DNA of 35,562 nucleotides from Clostridiales bacterium (GTDB lineage Bacteria; Bacillota; Clostridia; Lachnospirales; Lachnospiraceae): NCBI GenBank assembly GCA_019420425.1, contig JAHZHG010000003.1, positions 1 to 35,562 of the forward strand, read 5' to 3'. Shown piece by piece: positions 34,601 to 35,562 of this stretch (position 1 is its first letter; each line of letters starts with the position of its first letter). The notes under the pieces were generated by a model. It saw only the letters and a program-made list of their open reading frames with translations, ran no database searches and was not told where the DNA came from. The position numbers and the translations under genes were made by a program.

Positions 34601-34976
34601 ACCGATAGGTCTGATAATTGTTCGCCGCATTGGTTTCGATCACCGCGCCGAGGACAAATACCTTGTCCAGCACATCGTCGGCATACTCCAGCGCAATATG
34701 GCTGTATACGTTGGGAATCTTATCCGCCGGCCGCATATACGTGCCGGCCGTGGCGTCCAGAAGTCCCCGCGTATAGGACGACAGGGTTCTGCTGCCCTTG
34801 CTCTCCGAGGATTTGTTAAACACCGTATCTCCGTATGCAGCATATTTAATCGCGTCCAGCATAACGGACTTTCCGTTTCCGTTTTTCCCGGCAATCAGCG
34901 TAAAGAATCCAATAGGAGCCGTCACGTTCGTGAATGCGTACCAGTTAATCAGCCGCACCTTTTTCAGTAAAATCAT
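31662..34976 (-). CDS. jetC: Wadjet JetC (SMC/MukB-like ATPase)
   Basis: 1104 aa. The N-terminal head is MILLKKVRLINWYAFTNVTAPIGFFTLIAGKNGNGKSVMLDAIKYA (Walker A). A long coiled-coil follows. The C-terminal head has LVFIDEPFAKMD (Walker B). There is an ATGA overlap with jetB. Confidence 0.9.
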   Translation of the reverse strand: MILLKKVRLINWYAFTNVTAPIGFFTLIAGKNGNGKSVMLDAIKYAAYGDTVFNKSSESKGSRTLSSYTRGLLDATAGTYMRPADKIPNVYSHIALEYADDVLDKVFVLGAVIETNAANNYQTYRYVLDKTSLAEMEHTYTDNGALMPYSASALQKRYGLNLMNREQGIPRFMQMTGLKLNLSQTGTYLRKLRGIMSYDPDAKNDQFIRKSVLEEKKVDFTKLIEAKENIERLNQNFQLIQSEIGELEGILGEYDTYEHEKDRLLSDDIKIVYKKIQRLKAEIEEQSREQELAAKQKEEIRRALEVLEARTKELDNRLVQAKISLKALDCMQMIDEEEKRLTALKEERRRLSLEKQELEEFQTKISEILYVFMKEERTVEKKEILTSLCSGAYPAMDKENAVAGLKRDVEETYDTQVKRLALIEHELEELGRKLNLQLNILEECKKHRNAYAQIPEYVGLRDEINREFAKRNIQSKAQFACEYVIGLTDETWRDAIEAFLGIRRYSILVEPKYYDIADDVLNRSQYKYAHLFNTKLLMKKKVEPEEDAVSRMLEIRNPVAQKYFDYQLGRMHAVDIRRVRDYENAISKEGRVSVAMDSYFLRFDKIRYYYLGQKTFELNRIRAEREIARLQEEKKQKLAEKNELEARKNQLSRDKEFFQAYNYDAHQAYQRAAELCTDSEKRLKRLKKAQQNNREFLELSQLAAHLEDEQAAVKREQSEKIQTGSELETRIRVCKSTIAHKSEELEAEEGSFKEFELTAYTVVQKAVEAYEKYLAGGMKGPGGLLAQETRGRIARSIEQHKNDLIALQTAYNGKHTDTPLPTGTTGRETYAARKDRIWMDNLQEIRHKLEEQTRRYEDIFKNEFVLTILKSCEKAQEDLKQINGELAKLEFSAKYQFDVHYVRDGSEYAKIIEYAKFLDEREQLGGSADQLTLSIFSSVSDEEADQLEKEMKQIINRIIEKNSEETIERFADYRNYMTYEILISNNILDHAKLSRQTGYNSGAEVQIPYLLILTSALLMIYNQRVNSTRLVFIDEPFAKMDPSNVKLMLDFMKQQKLQVIFCSPDKTETIGNECEVILPVLRVRADSMQLGIVQFHEEMTYAGL

Positions 34977-35562
34977 AGCTCCTCCTCCTCCTCAAATTCT
35001 ACCGGATCCGGGGTTTCCTCCTCTGCTTCCGCCGCAATATCTTCCTTTATATATTCCTTCACCACGGTCTGAAACTGAGGAATATCCCAGCCGAACTGCA
35101 GGGAGGGGTAAAGCTGAATCTTCATCTCCTCCCCCTCCTCGTTCTCGTCATAATTAATCAGACTGTATTTTTTAAACAGCTTAAACGCGGCATTCAGCTC
35201 TGTGCGCACAGGGATAACGCCGTAGGATTTGATTTTATCAATCAGATCGCCCCTGGTCACAAAATTTCCTTCATTGTAGCCCAGATTTTCCAGATATACC
35301 TTCCAGAGCACCAGCAGAAGATGGTATTGCAGCGTGGTAAAGGTCACCACATTGGCCCGCTTCAGGCCCACGGTATCCTCATCCTCTTCGCTGGCAATCA
35401 GCATGGCGACTCCGCTTTTTTCCTCCACAAGAAGATCAAAGCCGATCATTCGCAGATATTCCGAAATATCCTGCCGATTGGACTCCCGGGACACAAAGGC
35501 ATACAGCTTTTCCTCCTTATCCCTCAGAATAAACGTAGATTCCAAAAGCTTTCGAATGCTCC
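34973..35562 (-). CDS. jetB: Wadjet JetB (DUF4194, kleisin-associated KITE-like); the 5' end probably lies beyond the window
   Basis: The frame is open to the window edge, and the track start at 35545 is only a TTG. It contains TLQYHLLLVLWKVYLENLG...TRGDLIDKI and an acidic tail. Its position immediately upstream of jetC fits the jetABCD order. Confidence 0.8.
   Translation of the reverse strand, partial: SIRKLLESTFILRDKEEKLYAFVSRESNRQDISEYLRMIGFDLLVEEKSGVAMLIASEEDEDTVGLKRANVVTFTTLQYHLLLVLWKVYLENLGYNEGNFVTRGDLIDKIKSYGVIPVRTELNAAFKLFKKYSLINYDENEEGEEMKIQLYPSLQFGWDIPQFQTVVKEYIKEDIAAEAEEETPDPVEFEEEEEL

Noticed and set aside
31600-34970. Several plus-strand ORFs (for example 34200..34970 at 256 aa, 32909..33382, 32979..33386, 33636..33956) inside jetC
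   Set aside because: All are antisense to the 1104-aa JetC frame. They are Leu/Gln/Ile/Arg-rich mirror translations of a coiled-coil gene, with no SD sites or motifs.
1-35562. Scan for CRISPR arrays, tRNA or rRNA genes, integrases and transposases
   Set aside because: I saw no regularly spaced direct repeats, no cloverleaf-like or rRNA-like segments, and no ORF with recombinase or transposase motifs in any frame.

Overview
This is a 35.6-kb accessory region of what looks like a Firmicutes/Clostridia-type chromosome. That guess rests on gene content, GGAGG-type Shine-Dalgarno sites and frequent ATGA-coupled genes. All family calls come from motif recognition by eye; no searches were run.

Bases 1-25,000 hold a dense set of small-molecule-sensing regulators: MerR, LysR, two HxlR, MarR and two AraC. 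They are paired with detoxifying or modifying enzymes: MBL hydrolase, CMD/AhpD-like, SnoaL-like, nitroreductase, two GNATs, an alpha/beta hydrolase, a radical SAM enzyme and a secreted type-B carboxylesterase. The same stretch carries a sugar-binding-protein/YesM-type kinase sensor pair, an LMW protein-tyrosine phosphatase, a yjdF riboswitch with its yjdF gene, and a four-gene iron-siderophore ABC importer.

Bases 25,000-35,562 form a defence island. It contains a truncated AbiEi, a multiply frameshifted AAA ATPase, an HTH-Fic protein, a YhcG PDDEXK nuclease and a DnaB-like fragment. It ends in a type I Wadjet operon (jetB-jetC-jetD; jetA lies off the window) with a fifth, translationally coupled DUF3786 gene.

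The most unusual observations are:
1. Two inverted copies of a ~165-nt three-hairpin element share an exact 24-mer and have compensatory stem changes. They bracket 8.5 kb, and one copy sits exactly where the AbiEi gene is cut off.
2. An ATGA-coupled DUF3791-DUF3990-DUF3791 cassette has an ADP-ribosyltransferase-like H-Y-D motif pattern and lies beside a dead BREX pglZ.
3. The DUF3786 gene is coupled to jetD.

The window has many decayed genes. Some single-base frameshifts could be assembly errors. No tRNA, rRNA, CRISPR array, transposase or integrase was seen.
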